Virus record (IMG/VR): IMGVR_UViG_3300045993_000138
Direction: 5' to 3' (one strand)
DNA from: a virus
Taxonomy: Duplodnaviria; Heunggongvirae; Uroviricota; Caudoviricetes
Length of the DNA: 44,449 bases
In this document: piece by piece, positions 42,545 to 44,449 of the stretch
How the letters are laid out: each line of letters starts with the position of its first letter
How positions within the stretch are numbered: position 1 is the first letter of the stretch
Made by a program: the position numbers and the translations under genes
The notes under the pieces: model-generated
Seen by the model: the letters and a program-made list of their open reading frames with translations, nothing else
What the model was told of the DNA's origin: nothing
Database searches by the model: none

Positions 42545-42934
42545 ATGTTTAATAATTTAACAGAGGATAATTTTCTATTGTATTGTGCGAAAGTCTACGA
42601 CAGACCCAACGCAGTAATGAGTGAGTTCAACGAAGATCTGGATAGGATTTTGTATATCAAGAGACTTCTGACAAAATATTATTCTTCGGGATGTCTGAAA
42701 GAACGCCTCATAATGAATCACTTGATTGTCCTTTATAATTGCTTTGGTGTAGACGCTACTACCAGACTCATATTCTTCAGATTAGAAGAAAGAGACTATA
42801 GTGTGATGAAACCATTTTTGATTTTCTTAAACTATATGCCAGATGTGATACATGGAATAAATGGAAAGGATATTATTTCCAGCGACATAGAACTAGACAA
42901 AGAAGCCGTTAGACTACTAAGAGAGATAAAATGA
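42545..42934 (+). CDS. Conserved T4-like hypothetical protein
   Basis: LT.DNF.LY..K.Y..P, EF.EDL.RI.YIKRLL.KY...G.LKERLI.NHLIVLYN.FG, KPFL.FLNY.P pattern. Confidence 0.75.
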   Translation: MFNNLTEDNFLLYCAKVYDRPNAVMSEFNEDLDRILYIKRLLTKYYSSGCLKERLIMNHLIVLYNCFGVDATTRLIFFRLEERDYSVMKPFLIFLNYMPDVIHGINGKDIISSDIELDKEAVRLLREIK

Positions 42935-43533
42935 AGAGAAAACTCAAGAACATCAAAGAAGGATTCAATACTCCAGCAGTAAAGAAGCCTGTAAGTAATG
43001 CAGCACAACCAAAGAAGCCAGTATCATCCACTGCGCCAAAGGTAAATGCCCCTAAACCAAATGTGCAGAAGCCAGTTTCCACTGCGCCAGCCCCACAATC
43101 CAAGGCAGTAAAGGCTGATGTTGCAAAGAAGGAGCCAAGACAGTTGGCACCAAAACCAAAGGTTTCTCATGCTTATACCACTCGCCCATTCGCAATGAAT
43201 GAAGATGGTGCTGTCATGACTTCTGGCGGCGCAGGAGCATCTGTTTCTCCAATTGGTGGACCACAGAAAGATGACACCGCATCTGCCTCCATGAGTTCTT
43301 CAAGAAAGAAGATGCTAAAGAGAGCAGCGCCAGTAGTAGTGAAGGAAGGTCCAGAACATGGATCCGAACACACTGCGAACAGACATTTACAGACCAAGGC
43401 AAAACCAGGATTCTATCTTGTCAAGAATGGTCAGAGACTACATGATGAACCTCATAGAAATGAGAAAGACGTTCTACATGCATACAGAAAGATTCATGAT
43501 ACCACTGGTATCAAGATACACAAAGTAAGCTAA
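42931..43533 (+). CDS. Pro/Ala/Lys-rich modular protein (probable head-associated)
   Basis: NIKE, MNE and VVKE potential gp21 sites; PKKPVS/APKPK low-complexity repeats; C-terminal domain paralogous to the next ORF. Confidence 0.55.
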   Translation: MKRKLKNIKEGFNTPAVKKPVSNAAQPKKPVSSTAPKVNAPKPNVQKPVSTAPAPQSKAVKADVAKKEPRQLAPKPKVSHAYTTRPFAMNEDGAVMTSGGAGASVSPIGGPQKDDTASASMSSSRKKMLKRAAPVVVKEGPEHGSEHTANRHLQTKAKPGFYLVKNGQRLHDEPHRNEKDVLHAYRKIHDTTGIKIHKVS

Positions 43534-43534
43534 G

Positions 43535-43726
43535 ATGGCAAGAGAGACTGAACATTCAGCTTTCTTAAGCCTCAGTGATAAAAGCCTTTCCAGAAGGGGG
43601 TATCACCTTTTTCGTGGAAATACACGCATTAACGACGAGCCTTATAAGACAGAAAAAGAAGCTATTGAAGCATATAAAAATCTGAAAGACTCAACTAACG
43701 TAAAGGTACAGTATTCACAATGGTAA
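43535..43726 (+). CDS. Small protein paralogous to the C-terminal domain of 42931..43533
   Basis: GYHLFRGNTRINDEPYKTEKEAIEAYKNLKDSTNVKV aligns with GFYLVKNGQRLHDEPHRNEKDVLHAYRKIHDTTGIKI. Confidence 0.6.
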   Translation: MARETEHSAFLSLSDKSLSRRGYHLFRGNTRINDEPYKTEKEAIEAYKNLKDSTNVKVQYSQW

Positions 43727-44334
43727 CAAAAGATCAACTTCTTCAAATTACTCCAGAAGTAAAATACACCAAATTCAAACAAGATGATATTGTTAAAGAA
43801 TTGAATGTTCTATCTTCTAGTATATTGAATACAAAATTGCGTCTAGCTGCATTCATTGCTCAGACAGCACATGAATCTGGTAGTTATTGTGTGGCAGTAG
43901 AAAACCTGAACTATTCAGATACAGGACTTCTCAAGATATTCTCAAAATACTTCAACGCCACTAATGTACATGATTATGCTCGCAATCCACAGAAGATAGC
44001 CTCCCGTGTATATGCCAACAGGCTTGGAAACGGTCCTGAAGACTCTGGAGACGGCTGGAACTATCGTGGCAGGGGTTTCATTCAGATCACCGGAAAGGAA
44101 AATTACACCAAATGTGGAAAATCATTGGGAATTGACCTGATTGCCAATCCAGCCTATCTGGAAACCATCGAAGGTGCCATGATGTCCGCAAAGTGGTTTT
44201 GGGAATCCAACAATCTGAACGAATGGGCAGATAAGCCAGATTTCGTCACTTTGACCAAAAGAATCAATGGTGGAGTCAATGGATTGATGGAAAGACGCGA
44301 ATTTTATGACAGAGCAATGATTGTTTTGCAATAA
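43720..44334 (+). CDS. GH19 chitinase-like lysozyme (endolysin)
   Basis: LAAFIAQTAHES, ENLNYS, YANRLGNG, YRGRGFIQITG..NY, TKRINGG. Confidence 0.9.
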   Translation: MVTKDQLLQITPEVKYTKFKQDDIVKELNVLSSSILNTKLRLAAFIAQTAHESGSYCVAVENLNYSDTGLLKIFSKYFNATNVHDYARNPQKIASRVYANRLGNGPEDSGDGWNYRGRGFIQITGKENYTKCGKSLGIDLIANPAYLETIEGAMMSAKWFWESNNLNEWADKPDFVTLTKRINGGVNGLMERREFYDRAMIVLQ

Positions 44335-44337
44335 ATA
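44330..44337 (+). promoter_or_regulatory. T4-like late promoter
   Basis: AATAAATA overlapping the lysin stop, 24 nt upstream of the next ATG. Confidence 0.65.
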
Positions 44338-44360
44338 GAACAGTACTATCAGGATATGAA

Positions 44361-44449
44361 ATGAGAACCTTCAAAGAGTTTCGAAATCTAGATGAAAAAT
44401 TCCACGATGATCTATTCGGGGAATATACCCATGCTCTTAGAAATCATGG
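44361..44449 (+). CDS. Partial ORF with capsid-targeting-like N-terminus (runs off the window)
   Basis: MRTFKEFRNLDEKFHDDLFGEYTHALRNH...; RBS AGGA. Confidence 0.65.
   Translation, partial: MRTFKEFRNLDEKFHDDLFGEYTHALRNH

Overview
44.4 kb of a large T4-like myophage genome (cyanophage/'Exo-T-even'-type gene order; Gram-negative, probably proteobacterial host inferred). All credible genes are on the + strand. The window opens with the last codons of the major capsid gene (gp23), then gp3-uvsY-uvsW-gp55-gp47-gp46, peptide deformylase and an early CobT-like vWA / CobS-like AAA+ pair. The replication module follows (dNMP kinase, gp45, dsbA, gp44, gp62, regA, hsp20, dCMP deaminase, gp43, uvsX, gp40-like, gp41), interspersed with glycosyltransferase-like genes, a methyltransferase, rmlB, two nucleases and one atypical tRNA(CAT). 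From about 32.2 kb a late cluster encodes proteins that start with T4 internal-protein-like capsid-targeting sequences (MxTFKxFLxE). These are His-rich enzymes (HAD phosphatase, RNA-ligase-like, Pol-beta NTase fused to a HIGH-type transferase) plus a zincin, and next to them are a P-loop kinase, Dps, gp21-cleavable repeat polyproteins and a GH19 lysin. The best candidate for an undescribed system is this apparently virion-packaged end-healing/sealing enzyme kit. A ROSE-like thermometer ahead of hsp20 and an antisense promoter overlapping the gp55 promoter are the best regulatory finds. All family assignments come from motif recognition by eye; no database searches were run.
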